Assembly: GCA_965113315.1 (NCBI GenBank)
Contig: OZ220365.1
Length of the DNA stretch: 64,000 nucleotides
Reading direction: 5' to 3' (one strand)
Origin: Podarcis vaucheri
Taxonomy: Eukaryota
In this document: positions 12,837 to 24,757 of the stretch, in pieces
Numbering within the stretch: position 1 is the stretch's first letter
Layout of the letters: each line of letters begins with the position of its first letter
The notes under the pieces: generated by a model
What the model was told of the DNA's origin: nothing
Databases searched by the model: none
The model's input: the letters and a program-made list of their open reading frames with translations, nothing else
Made by a program: the position numbers and the translations under genes

Positions 12837-15111
12837 GCCAGGACAGTATCCTCCAGATGTTGCTTCACTACAACTCCCATAGTCCCTGAAAGTTGGTCAT
12901 GCTGACTGGGACTGATGGGTTCAAAACATCTGGAAGGTGCTACCCACGGGGTGTAGACAATTCTGAGCTAGATAGATCAATAATCTGGTTTGCTGTACAT
13001 TCCTATGTGTTCGGTGTGATGGATTTGTATTTCTTCTGTCCTTGCTTGCTTACAGCATGCAAAGCCACTCTCAATCCTTGCCATAGTTCTGAAGGACACT
13101 CAAAGACAGCCATCATATTTCAGGTTGTGCATCATGTATGGTTTAGAGCAGGGTTGGCGCGCCCCTCCAGATGTCATTGGGCTCCAGTTCCTATCAGCCA
13201 CAGCCAGCATGCCCATATATATGAATGAATATATGAATACATAAGAATGCCCACATAAATGAATGTTGCCGGTGGGACATTCTGGCAGCAGTGGAAGTAG
13301 TGGGGCAGGCAGAGCATAGCCTCCTGTACTTCTGCCACCTGAGGTGAGTGCTTCACCCCACATCATGAGTGGGCCAGCTCTGAAGCCAGATTATCCATCT
13401 AAATTTCCTCTCATAATTTCAGGCTGTCCGGTCCAGAACAGTGTTATCAGCAAATACTAGAGAAATTGGCAAAGTCCAGACCGCTGTATGTGTCCCACAG
13501 CTAAGCCAATCCACAGAGGATCATATATATGATCCAAAGCCTGCTGGATCAGGCCAATAGCCCATCCAGACCAGCATCCTGGTCTCACAGGGGCTAACCA
13601 GATGCCTGTGGGAAGCCTGCAAAAGCCCTCTACCCACCTGAGATTCCTAGAAACAAGTATTCAGAGACAATCTTTTACAGTCCTGGTGGACCACATGTTC
13701 TCCATGCCTCATTTAGGGCTAGTGGGAAGGCCTGAGAATACAATTGTCAGAACTCTACATAAATGTGCTGTCTGGCCTTAATCACTGAATGATTCATTGT
13801 ATCCAATTCCTTTCCAACCTGTGTATGTGACTGTTAAGGAAAATGTAACTTTAACAAACATACCACTGCCATATCAGGTTTTTTTCTGGGCAAACAGATC
13901 AGGAGGCAACTTCACCGCTCTAGCAAATGTATTATTCATCCTTTTTTAAAAAACACACACCATATTTAATAAGCAACACATTATTGCCATTGAATTATTC
14001 ATTTTATTGCTCATTCACCACATCCATTTCTGGTTCGGAATTGACTGCCAGAGCAGAGGTAAGAGCAGTGATGTGAAATTGTTTATCCACATTACGCAGG
14101 AATAACAAATACTTGAGGGGATGAGTTGTTTGAGCAAACGTTAAAAAAAATAATGCAAGCATCTTCTTACCAACGTATAACGTTATCGAGACATTGGCCC
14201 TGACCCACAAATGTTCACACACAGCATCCTGCCCTCCGTCCAAGACAAAAGGCTATAGGTAACAGAGAGGCACATTTGGGTGAAGAGAGAAATCTGTGCC
14301 CTTGCACACTGCAATGCAGAGGTGCATCATGTGGGCATACAGGCTAGGCATGCAGCTCCCCATTCAGCAAGAAAACAGATCTATGCAAATCACTTCTGTG
14401 GGCTTATCTCCCTAGCTAGATCAGAGCATGAACCTGTAACTAAGCAAGGGTATTTGAATGCATTATTTGTAGGCAGCTTTGGAGAGGGGCTGCTACTCAA
14501 CAGCAGAACATGTGCTTAGCTCTCATAGGACCCAGGTTCTCTTTCCAGCAGCAAGAGTGGTGCAGTAAAGTTGCAGGGCCTCTGCCAGAAACCATGAAGA
14601 GTCTGTGCACAACTTGCAGTCTGTGCACAACTTGGCACAGTTGATGGTGCTGGCCTAAACAGACCAACGGGTTAACTGAAGCTATACGGTCCATGGGGAC
14701 AATTTGCAAATCTTGGGTGGCATTCAGGATTGTAGGCAGTCCTATCTCTCCTCTTGCAATGGCTTCTGGCAGCCAGTGGAGAACTGTGTGATATATGCTG
14801 CTCATCCCACCCTGAGGATAAAGTCTCAGCGATGAAATGGCCAATACAGTCATTATCTTCCAGGAATTGTTTGTATGAGCAGAGCCTGCTTTTGCCTTGT
14901 CAAATATAGTAGACTGTGTATTCAGTACACATGCATCTGATATGCTTTGCCAGAAACAGGACCTCTTGAGTACCACAGATCACAGAGACTACCTGCTAAC
15001 ACGAAAGAGTTGGCTGATGGTCGTCATCAGGCACGAGGGTTTCATTGAAAATATGCCTGGTATCTATGTGTATTGTTATAGGTTTGGGAGGTTCAGTCTG
15101 GATTATTCCAT

Positions 15112-15508
15112 TGTTGTTGTTGTTTAGTCGTTTAGTCGTGTCCGATTCTTTGTGACTTCATGGACCAGAGCACGCCAGGCACTTCTGTCTTCCACTGCCT
15201 CCCGCAGTTTGGTCAGACTCACGCTGGTAGCTTCGAGAACACTATCCAACCATCTCGTCCTCTGTCGTCCCCTTCTCCTTGTGCCCTCCATCTTTCCCAA
15301 CATCAGGGTCTTTCCCAGGGAGTCTTCTCTTCTCATGAGGTGGCCAAAGTATTGGAGCCTCAGCTTCAGGATCTGTCCTTCCAGTGAGCACTCAGGGCTG
15401 ATTTCCTTCAGAATGGAGAGGTTTGATCTTCTTGCAGTCCATGGGACTCTCAAGAGTCTCCTCCAGCACCATAATTCAAAAGCATCAATTCTTCAGTGAT
15501 CAGCCTTG
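15112..15508 (-). mobile_element. BovB (RTE) LINE 3' fragment
   Basis: ORF 15124-15453 (RVPWTARRSNLSILKEISPECSLEGQILKLRLQYFGHLMRR...) matches the BovB C-terminus. (CAA)n tail present. Confidence 0.93.
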
Positions 15509-16575
15509 AGTCCTTTCCAAACATGAGATTCTTTGACTGTGAAGGTAGAAGCTACAAGATGAAATCTGGTAAAGCAGTCAGTCCATATCCAGGAATACGT
15601 CCCTCTTTTTCTTTTTCTTTTTTGCAAGAGGACAGCAGCCATTTCAGGCTCTGTGAACTCACATTGATCTCCTCTTGAAAAAAAGTGCCACAGCATCCCA
15701 AAACACACAGGCCATTTCCACACACAGCGCTCCTATAGTCTCTCTGCGCTCCTTTCTTTATGTGGAGGCACAAAGCTACACTTTTCACACTTTGGAGGAT
15801 TAAGAGAGGATGAACATGCAGATATTACCCATGCCGTGAAGATGCCCAGTAAAAACAGTATCTCTCTGGTAGGTTTATCCACCCCACTTTCTCCCCCTGT
15901 AATATTTAGAATCATTAACTTCACAATGCAGCACCCCTGCCTCTGGTAGCCAATCATGTAGTCTGAAGGCAAGGAAACTCAGAAAGAAAATGAATGCTGG
16001 GAAAGGGCCATCGCTCATTGACAGAGGGTGTGCTTTGTGTGCAAACCCCCCCCCCCAGGCTTGGTTCCCTGAATCTCCAGTCAGGGCATGGAAAGGCTCT
16101 TGTTTAAAATGCAATGTTCTTCCACCTTAGGCCCCCCTGATGTTTTTGGACTCCAACTCCCGTCATCGCCAGTCAGCCTAGCCAATGGTCAAGTATGATG
16201 GGATCAGTCATCCAACAACATTTGGATGGCCAAGGTTGAAAAACACTGTAGACATGTGAGAACATTGTCAACAACAATTTGACCCAGTTTAAGGCAGCTT
16301 TCTGCATCCTTTGAGACGAGTGTACCTAAGTAATATTACAGAAGGAATGGTCAGAAGTAACTTCAGCTCACACATTGATTTTATTCCCAGCTAGGTCTGT
16401 GTCTAAAGGCCACAGAAAACACATTTCATGATTTTACTGTTTTAAGAGTGCACCTAAGTTAAATGAGTGCACAATTACTGCATGTTATGTGTGAATGCAA
16501 CAAACAAGTTTGCAAGCACGGGTCTCATAAAGCTACTCTTCTCACCATGTCAATGTTAATTTCAGCTCCCTGTTA

Positions 16576-16714
16576 CATAGAATCATAGAACTGTAGAGTT
16601 GGATGCAGCCACAAAGGCCATCTAGGCCAACCCCCTGCAATGCAGGAATCTTTTTGCCCAATGTGGGGCTCGAACCACATGGAACCTGAGATTATCATAC
16701 TCTACCAACTGAGC
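16576..16714 (-). mobile_element. tRNA-derived SINE with CR1-type tail (degenerate)
   Basis: Same layout as the 30668-30803 copy, with a catagaatcataga tail. Confidence 0.65.
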
Positions 16715-17414
16715 TGAGCTTATGCATACTGGCAAACCTACATTTGCTTCTACATAACACATGAAAAGGCCCTGAAAAGCATGTTTCCTTCATCTGCTCT
16801 TGATTGTAGCAGGTTCCGTAGCATTTTTGACCGCAGCAGATGTTGAAATACTCTTCCTTTTCGCTGCAAAGGGCATCTGCTTTCTTTGCTTGTCAAAGCT
16901 CTTGGAGCTGCTCACAGAGCTTCCTAAAATATACATGTAATAATAGCATGGCCCCACTGCATGAACATTAACCTGACCATTTGAAGTATTCCCCTCTCCT
17001 AATTGACTTACATAAATTTGGCCAAAGCAGCCTTTTTTGCTAAGTAATTACCTTTGGAGCATCTTGCTGATTACATTTTAAATTCTTAGAAACCCATCAG
17101 CCTGTCTTCTGACTCACACTTGCCATTCTGATGTATTACAGCCATCCATCACCCTGACATCCTCCCACTGATGACAACTTCCTCCAAGCATGTAGCCAGA
17201 GAGATCCATTGTGGCTTTTCATTTAACCCCCGCCCCCCATTGTAAATGAGCTGGAACTAATCAGGCCTCCCTCATTCATCTAAGCATGTCCCTCTGTGGA
17301 TGTCTGTGTTATCAACAACTGTTTTGTGAATGACCACTGTTAATTATGTAATCATCACAGTCTGTGTTTTTCTGCATTTCATTTCCTTCTGACCTCATGG
17401 TAACTCAGGATGGC

Positions 17415-17530
17415 ACTTCAAGCATCTGATGAAGTGGGTTGCAGTCCATGAAAGCTTATTCTGCAATAAATTTGTTTGCTCTTAAGATGCTGTAGGGATC
17501 TTTGTTCTTTTTGCTGCAGCCTATGGATAA
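17415..17530 (+). mobile_element. Penelope-like element terminal fragment carrying a hammerhead-like core
   Basis: gcatCTGATGAagtggg...ccatGAAAgcttat...aataaa...cttaagatgct. This is the layout of reptile Penelope pseudo-LTRs. Confidence 0.65.
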
Positions 17531-18749
17531 CGCCAAGAAACAGCAACGAACCTCAGCAGCTTCCAGGTGTCCTGAGACCTAAATCAGTGAGAAATTAAAC
17601 AAGTAGAGCCTGCAACAAAATGAAAACATTTTAACAAGCACAAGTCGCAGCAGCCAAACATAAATTCATGAGGTGGCAGCCACTCTAAATCATTCCAAAG
17701 GCTTTCCTGAAAAGCCACGTTCTGGCTGCCCATCGGAAGACCAGCAAGGAGGCATATCTGTGGGCCAGCCCTACTGTTAGGCAGAGTGAGAAAGCTACCA
17801 CAGGCAGTTGATTTTTTGGTTGTAATTAGAAATGGTAATTTTATAGATCGTTAATTTATTATTATTGCAATTTTTTTACTGCCAGGGAAGGAGGGAGAGA
17901 GAGGCAGATGGGATTTTCTGCCTCAGGTACCAAAATAACTTGGCAGGCCTTGAACTCTATGCCCCTTGACTGGGGTGAGAGTGTGTAGGGATACCAATTG
18001 TTAATCCATCTCAGGCAGCAAAATATCTTGGGCTGGTCCTGGCTTTTCCCAAACAAGGTGCTCAAGCAGAAAGATCCTGTCACACATTCCCACTCACCTG
18101 ACTTTAAACACTGAGAGGATAGTTAACTGGGCCTGCACTGTTGAACAAAGAGTCCTAGCAGCAACCCCGCCCCCTCTGCCAGAGGCACTGCATTTGGCAA
18201 AATGGCCACGAGGTCAAGGAGGTTTGGGATTGGTCACACCGCTGCCTCACCTCACCCCATCCCCATCCTGGTAAACATTGCTTCTGGCATTCTGCCTTCC
18301 CCAAATGCACTACAGATGGATCCACACACCACTGTTTGTTACAGTGAGGGATGCAAGAAGGCATTACTTCCTATTCTAAGCCACATTCGTCACACACAGT
18401 GCTGTCTCCGTTCCGCTGCAGTTTGGCTTCCAACAAAAAAACTACAACTCACTTTTTGCAGTCATGGAATTTTACGCAGTTAATTACATTATCATTATGT
18501 TGTTCCACACTGTTCCTTTCAGTGCAAAGGAAACACAATGCAAATGGCGAAGGAGTCGTCAGTTATGCCTGTGGACTGAAAATAACAACAGCAGCAAATA
18601 CGGATTGAATTCATCAGGTTGATTTCCATTCTGGACAAGGGATGACTAAGCAGACATTGGCAATTTCTGCTCTCATTTCTGTTAGAGTTCTCCAACACCC
18701 CTTGTTGCAGTAAGCATGTACAGTATGTAGAGGGAAGGGATACATCCTA

Positions 18750-19330
18750 TAATAATAATAATATTTTTTTTATTATTTATACCCCGCCCTTCCCAGTTTA
18801 GAACCGGGCTCACGTCAGCTAATGGCAAATATAAAACATTGATTAAAATGTGACTTAAAAACAGCTTAAAATACAACATAAAATGCAGCGTCAATATCAA
18901 TAAAATTCAAAAATTCAGGCGTCATTTGGGGGGGCAGGGGGAAAAACCCAGTCAGTAGACATCAAATGATCACCAGGACTAACTGGCCAAGTTGCCAGCC
19001 AAGAGCCAGCAAGGAGACCAGGGAAGAATTTAAATGTGGGGTCCCAGAAAGGGTTTCTTTATAGAAGAGGAAAGGGGGGAAGGGAATAGAGGATCAGGCT
19101 AATTCAAACTGAAGGCCAGGTAGAATAGCTCTGTCTCACAGGCCCTGCAGAAGGAGATCAAGTCCTGCAGGGCCTTAGTCTCGTGGGACAGAGCATTCCA
19201 CCAGGTCGGAGCCATCACTGAAAAAGCCCTGGCCCTGGTGGAGGATAGTCTGGCTTCCTTAGGGCCCCGGACCTTCAAGCTATTATTATTCATGGACCTT
19301 AAGGTCCTCTGCAGGACATACCAGGAGAAC
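18750..19330 (-). mobile_element. L2 LINE 3' fragment
   Basis: ORF 19099-19293 (RARAFSVMAPTWWNAL...ISFCRACETELF) matches the L2 ORF2 C-terminus. The 3' tail reads gggcggggtataaataataa on the minus strand. Confidence 0.85.
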
Positions 19331-20168
19331 TAGGGAACTTCAGCCAGCCAGAGGCTCCACAAGCTATATACCAAAGTGTTTAGGCCTGCATGTCTGGCCT
19401 TCATCCTTTTACAGATGAACAGCAGAATTACTGCAGGAAACACGGATGTCATACTCCTGCTGCTATGGCAAACATGACAGTTGGTACATGAAGTACGATG
19501 CAGGGGTGGAGGAATCTCACCCTGAAAAGAACACTTTGGGAGGCCTACAATCTCACGTGGCACCCAAAAACATGAGTTTTGGGGCCCTGCATGAGATTGC
19601 ACCCCCCAAAGTGCTTTTTTTCAGGGTGAGATAATAGCGCAGGTCATGTGACTCGCCCAAGAGTGCATCCCAGAAGACGCGCACCCCAGTTTTTTATCTG
19701 AAAAAGTTGGAGGGTATGAGCTTGCTGTACTTAGGGGAAATACTGAAGCAGGCCGAAAATTTGGATCTGTGATTTGCATAACATATGAAGCAATGTTGAA
19801 GGTTTCATAGACCTCTATTTCAAAACGGACTTGTGCAACTGCTGGTGATTTTCCTCTTGTATCCAATATTCCAGCTAAAGAATTATTGCTTTCATCAACA
19901 AGGCTCAAGGATGATCAAAATGAACAGCATGAAGAACAGTTTTTTGTTTTCTTTGATTACAGGAGACAAAGATTGTTTGCTGCCTTTTGCCTAACATCAA
20001 TGACAGCTTTTAATTAAATACGGTTTGGTGGTGGGGGAGGCAGTATCCATGAAACTGGTAATGTGTGAAAGGTAATCTGAGTGTGCCTCAAATTTACGTA
20101 CAACCATTTGCCTTAAACTATGTCCTTACTGTTAATTTGTTACTGTCCCTTTAAGTAAAAACCAAGTA

Positions 20169-20583
20169 CAGTGGTGCCCCGCAAGATGAATGCCTCGCAA
20201 TACAAAAAACTCGCTAGACGAAAGGTTTTTCCGTTCGCGATTTGCCTCGCAAGACGAATTTCCCCTATGGGCTTGCTTCGCTAGACGAAAACGTCTCGCG
20301 ACTTTTTTTCTTTGACTAAAAACAAAGACATGTTTTGTTTATAAAGTTAATTTATTTTCCCTTAAATTTTTGAACTGCTCTTTACAGTATGTGTGACTTT
20401 AAAGAGCAGTTAATAAACTGTTGTTGTACCAAATTTGGCTTTGTTTGGACTTTTTTTGACCATAGGAACGCATTAATTGATTTTCAATGCATTCCTATGG
20501 GATTTCGTGCTTCGCAAGACGAAAAATTCGCTAGACAACAAAAATTGCGGAATGAATTAATTTCGTCTTGCGGGGCACCACTG
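20169..20583. mobile_element. Tigger/pogo-like MITE
   Basis: TA|cagtggtgccccgcaaga ... tcttgcggggcaccactg|TA, with internal repeated tcgc(t/a)agacgaa motifs. Confidence 0.9.
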
Positions 20584-21121
20584 TACAACTCTGGGAAAAG
20601 AGTGAAAAGGAACAGAATTCCGGCACCATTACAGAGGAATTCTATCACAGAATTCAGAGAATTAAAGAGCCTTGTGTGAACTGAAGGATGCCGCTGGATA
20701 CAACCCATATAATTTAAATGTCCACTCCTGCAAGTCAGAGAACTAATCCCTATAAAAACAGGGTTGAGCATGCAGGCTTTGACAGGTTGCTAAAGATAGC
20801 GTGAAGACCACAGGTGTTGCTTCCTTGGAGATCTATTCCTAGATTCTTTACCTTCCTTCAACACCTCCTAGGGGTTTATAGGCTGCTTTGCTCACCCAGG
20901 AAATAAGAGCTAGCTCCTAGAGTTCCTCGCAGTAAATCTATCAACAGCATTTGAAGGTTGGAGGATGGAAGGTCATAAGTGTATTAGGGCACGGTAAACC
21001 TGACAGTGTTACTGAGACCTCACTACTGGCCATTTTATGAACCACCAAGGGTTAGATAGTTGGCCAGCAATATAAGACAATTTTATCCAGGAGTCTAAGA
21101 ATTGTTTTTTCACCCATTAAG

Positions 21122-21542
21122 NNNNNNNNNNNNNNNNNNNNNNNNNNNNNNNNNNNNNNNNNNNNNNNNNNNNNNNNNNNNNNNNNNNNNNNNNNNNNNN
21201 NNNNNNNNNNNNNNNNNNNNNNNNNNNNNNNNNNNNNNNNNNNNNNNNNNNNNNNNNNNNNNNNNNNNNNNNNNNNNNNNNNNNNNNNNNNNNNNNNNNN
21301 NNNNNNNNNNNNNNNNNNNNNNNNNNNNNNNNNNNNNNNNNNNNNNNNNNNNNNNNNNNNNNNNNNNNNNNNNNNNNNNNNNNNNNNNNNNNNNNNNNNN
21401 NNNNNNNNNNNNNNNNNNNNNNNNNNNNNNNNNNNNNNNNNNNNNNNNNNNNNNNNNNNNNNNNNNNNNNNNNNNNNNNNNNNNNNNNNNNNNNNNNNNN
21501 NNNNNNNNNNNNNNNNNNNNNNNNNNNNNNNNNNNNNNNNNN
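21122..21542. other. Assembly gap (421 N)
   Basis: Run of N. Confidence 1.
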
Positions 21543-21557
21543 CCTTTGGTAAAACGC

Positions 21558-22475
21558 CTTGCAATTCAGGAATCTCAGCTAAAACATCCATGACTGATGG
21601 CCATCCAACCTCTGCTTAAATACCTCTGCTTAAATACCGTCAAGGAAGGGGAGCCCACAACCTCCCAAGGGAGACTGCCCCACTGTCAAACAGCTCTTAC
21701 TGTCAGAAGCTTTTTCCTGATGTTTAGTCAGAATCTCCTTTCTGGCAACTTAAATCCATTGGTTCAAGTCCTACCCTACAGGGCAAGATAAAACCAGTGG
21801 CGTAGCGTGGGGAGTGCAGGGTGGGCCGGCCGCACCGGGCACAACATCTGGGGGGGCGCGCTTGCACTCTCAGCTCTCTGCCCCTACCTGGCTCACTCAC
21901 TCTCTCTCACTGCAGTGCTGGCTGTGCGAATCCGATCCGAGCCGCCAGGTCGCCGCCCACTGTGGAGGGGGGTGCCAGGCATGCGGTGCGGAGAGAGAGC
22001 GAGGGACTATCTGGGGGAGGGACAGTGCAGCGGCCGCCCAGCGCAGCGCTGAGCGCGGGAGAGAACCACACCAGACCAGACCAGGCAGCAGCAAGAAGAA
22101 GCTGGCAGCGGCAGCAGGTTAGAGGTTAGGGGGCGCAAATTACTTGCCTTGCCCCGGGTGCTGACAACCCACGCTACGCCGCTGGATAAAACAAGCTTGT
22201 TCCCTCTTCCATGTGACAGCCCTTATGATAGCCATCTTCAAATATCTCATCATCTCTCAGTCTCCTCTTTCTCAGGCGAAACATACCCAGCTCCTTCAAA
22301 TGTTCCTCATAAGGAACAGTTCCAAACCCTTGATCATATCGGTCACCCACCTCTGCATGCATTCCAGCTTGTCAACATCCTTCTTAAATTGTGGTGCCCA
22401 GAACTGGACACAATATTCCAGGTGTGGTCTAACCAAGGCAGAATAGAGGGGTACTATCACTTGATCTGGACATAA
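21558..22475 (-). mobile_element. CR1 LINE 3' fragment, interrupted by a hAT MITE
   Basis: ORF pieces [33 protein letters not shown] and [19 protein letters not shown] match the CR1 ORF2 C-terminus. Confidence 0.9.
21795..22184. mobile_element. hAT MITE (390 bp)
   Basis: 17-bp TIRs cagtggcgtagcgtggg/cccacgctacgccgctg (1 mismatch). Perfect 8-bp TSD gataaaac at 21787-21794 and 22185-22192. Confidence 0.92.
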
Positions 22476-23795
22476 AGTCAAGCTGAGCCAAACTACTGCT
22501 TAGTATGAATGCACGAGTGTGCAGGTTCACAGAGGGGAGATCACAGGTGCTTTGCTTGTCCATAGTCATTTTGCATGGCATCTGAACCTTGGCTCATAGT
22601 TTAGCTCTCTCCAAACTAACCAAGAGATGTAACCAAGGTTTTCCTTTGGTTTAGGACTCATGGTTTCTCTGAGATAGTTAAGCCATGAGCTTGGGTTTAG
22701 CTGACACCCTAAACTGTGGCTTAGCTCAGCACAGCATCCAAATGAGTGGGGAATAACAAAGCTATTGCAACCTTTTCCCTGGAACTTGCACATTTCCTCA
22801 TTTGCACAAAGCCGCAGTTTGACATGTCTTAGACTGACAAGTTCTCAGTCTAAATATAATTTTGTACATTGGGGTTGGCAAAGCACAGCCCATGGGTTGC
22901 ACCCACCTTATGTCTCAGTCAAGCACCATCAATAAGGCTGCATAAACTAGCTCTCAGTTGCATTATTATAATAGTGATCTATCTTTCAATCTTTCTTTCT
23001 CTCTTGTTGAGGAGGCAGGAGTTTTTATGTGGTGCAACAGCTACCTCTGCAAATGGAATTGCTAATGAGCAACCAAGTGGTAGAGTTTGTCCTTGTTCTA
23101 GTGACCTAAAGAAAAGAAAAAAAGAAAAAGGAGTGCAAACACTAGAAAGGAAAAGTGCTATGCTCTAATGAAAGTCAGGAGATTAAAGTACAAGACTTCA
23201 TTTAAGCTCTTGATGTATTTCATTTGTCAAGTGTATTGGCACACTCCAGAATAATTTTTCATCCTCTGCTGTCAGATTTCCTATACTAGAGGAACAGTAT
23301 AGGTCTTATCTCAGCCTGTTTAATTGAACAGAATACAACAAGGATAGCCCAATACATTTTGTCTATATAGACTAACAACAGATTGGGACAAAGGGTGCTT
23401 CATTTGTCTGAGCTTGATGCAATACCAGTAGCATTAATACTTCAGTAATCTCTCCATTGAGCCGGAGCCAAGGAAAACTCAAGATTTTATCTCTGAAATT
23501 GTTATATCAAGCTCTGCAATGTCTGCCCTGTTATGTCAAGGATCCTGCTTGGTGCATTTATTTTCTAGTGTATAACCAATAAATATATTCCACTCACTAG
23601 ATTTCTGAGAGAACACAAAATTAATATTCTGTTGCCACCTTCATTTCAAGGTGTCTCTTTCCTTCCCCCCTTTTTAAAGTTTGGTTACATTTGACTACAT
23701 TGTAATGGATTAGAAATAGTGCACTCCTTAAATTCTAATAGTGCACATCTAGTAAGTAATAAGCCCAACAGGGGTAACTTTCAGGAAAGGGAGTA

Positions 23796-24108
23796 TAGTC
23801 ATACCTTGGAAGTTGAACGGAATCCGTTCCGGAAGTCCGTTCCACTTCCTTTTTTAAAAAAAATCATTTTTATTGATTTTCCAATAAAAAACATCCAATT
23901 AATATATCCAATCACTTCCAAAACATTTGGAAACCAAGACATGGTTTCTGATTGGCTGCAGGAAGCTCCAATGGGAAGCTGTGGAATCCATGTTGGATGT
24001 TCGAGTCCCAAAGAACATTCGCAAACCAGAACACTCACTTCCAGGTTTGCGACGTTTGGAAGCCGAAACATTCGACTTGCAAGGCATTCGACTTCCAAGG
24101 TACAACTG
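23796..24108. mobile_element. Tc1/mariner-type MITE with a small internal insertion
   Basis: TA|tagtcataccttggaagt ... acttccaaggtacaactg|TA. Confidence 0.75.
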
Positions 24109-24127
24109 TATAGGATTGTAGCATAAA

Positions 24128-24285
24128 CAGGGATGCCAACTTGAATAAAATATTGGGGAGGAGGTGAGCCCCATCCCACATAATCAGGGTGCACGCACAC
24201 CATTTGAATGGCAATGCCCATCAACTTGGGAGGGCAGCCCCCTCAAATATTTTAGGACCTTGGCCCCTAGGAGTTGGTTCCTATG
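24128..24285. mobile_element. hAT MITE
   Basis: Imperfect TIRs cagggatgccaact/agttggttcctatg. Perfect 8-bp TSD agcataaa at 24120-24127 and 24286-24293. Confidence 0.75.
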
Positions 24286-24529
24286 AGCATAAAAGACTAT
24301 GGGATGACAGGCAGGGAATGACCCTTGTTAAATAATTGTTTAATTCACACTGAATTGGAGAATGCCTGTGTGTATTTCTGAAAAGGGTTTAAATGGAAGA
24401 TTACATTGAAGCTTAAGTGGGGGTCTCTGTGCTTTAGCTGACTGATAATTCTCTGTCATGTTCCTGACTTAGATCACATGGAAGAGACAGGATTGCACTC
24501 TGTGAGTATGTTAATCTGTGGGTCTCCAG

Positions 24530-24757
24530 TTCAAAAACACGTCAAACTGCAAGTAGATAAATAGGTACCTCTGGCGGGAAGGTAAACGGTGTTTCCGTGC
24601 GCTGCTCTGGTTTGCCAGAAGTGGCTTAGTCATGCTGGCCACATGACCCAGAAGCTGTACGCCGGCTCCCTGGGCCAGTAAAGCGAGATGAGTGCCGCAG
24701 CCCCAGAGTCGTCTCCAACTGGACCTAATGGTCAGGGTCCCTTTACCTTTACCTTTA
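24530..24757 (+). mobile_element. Sauria SINE, 5'-truncated
   Basis: Body gcaagtagataaataggtacc...; ends in ctttacctttaccttta. Confidence 0.9.

Noticed and set aside
21052-21593. Long ORFs of 163-179 aa
   Set aside because: Artefacts of the N gap.
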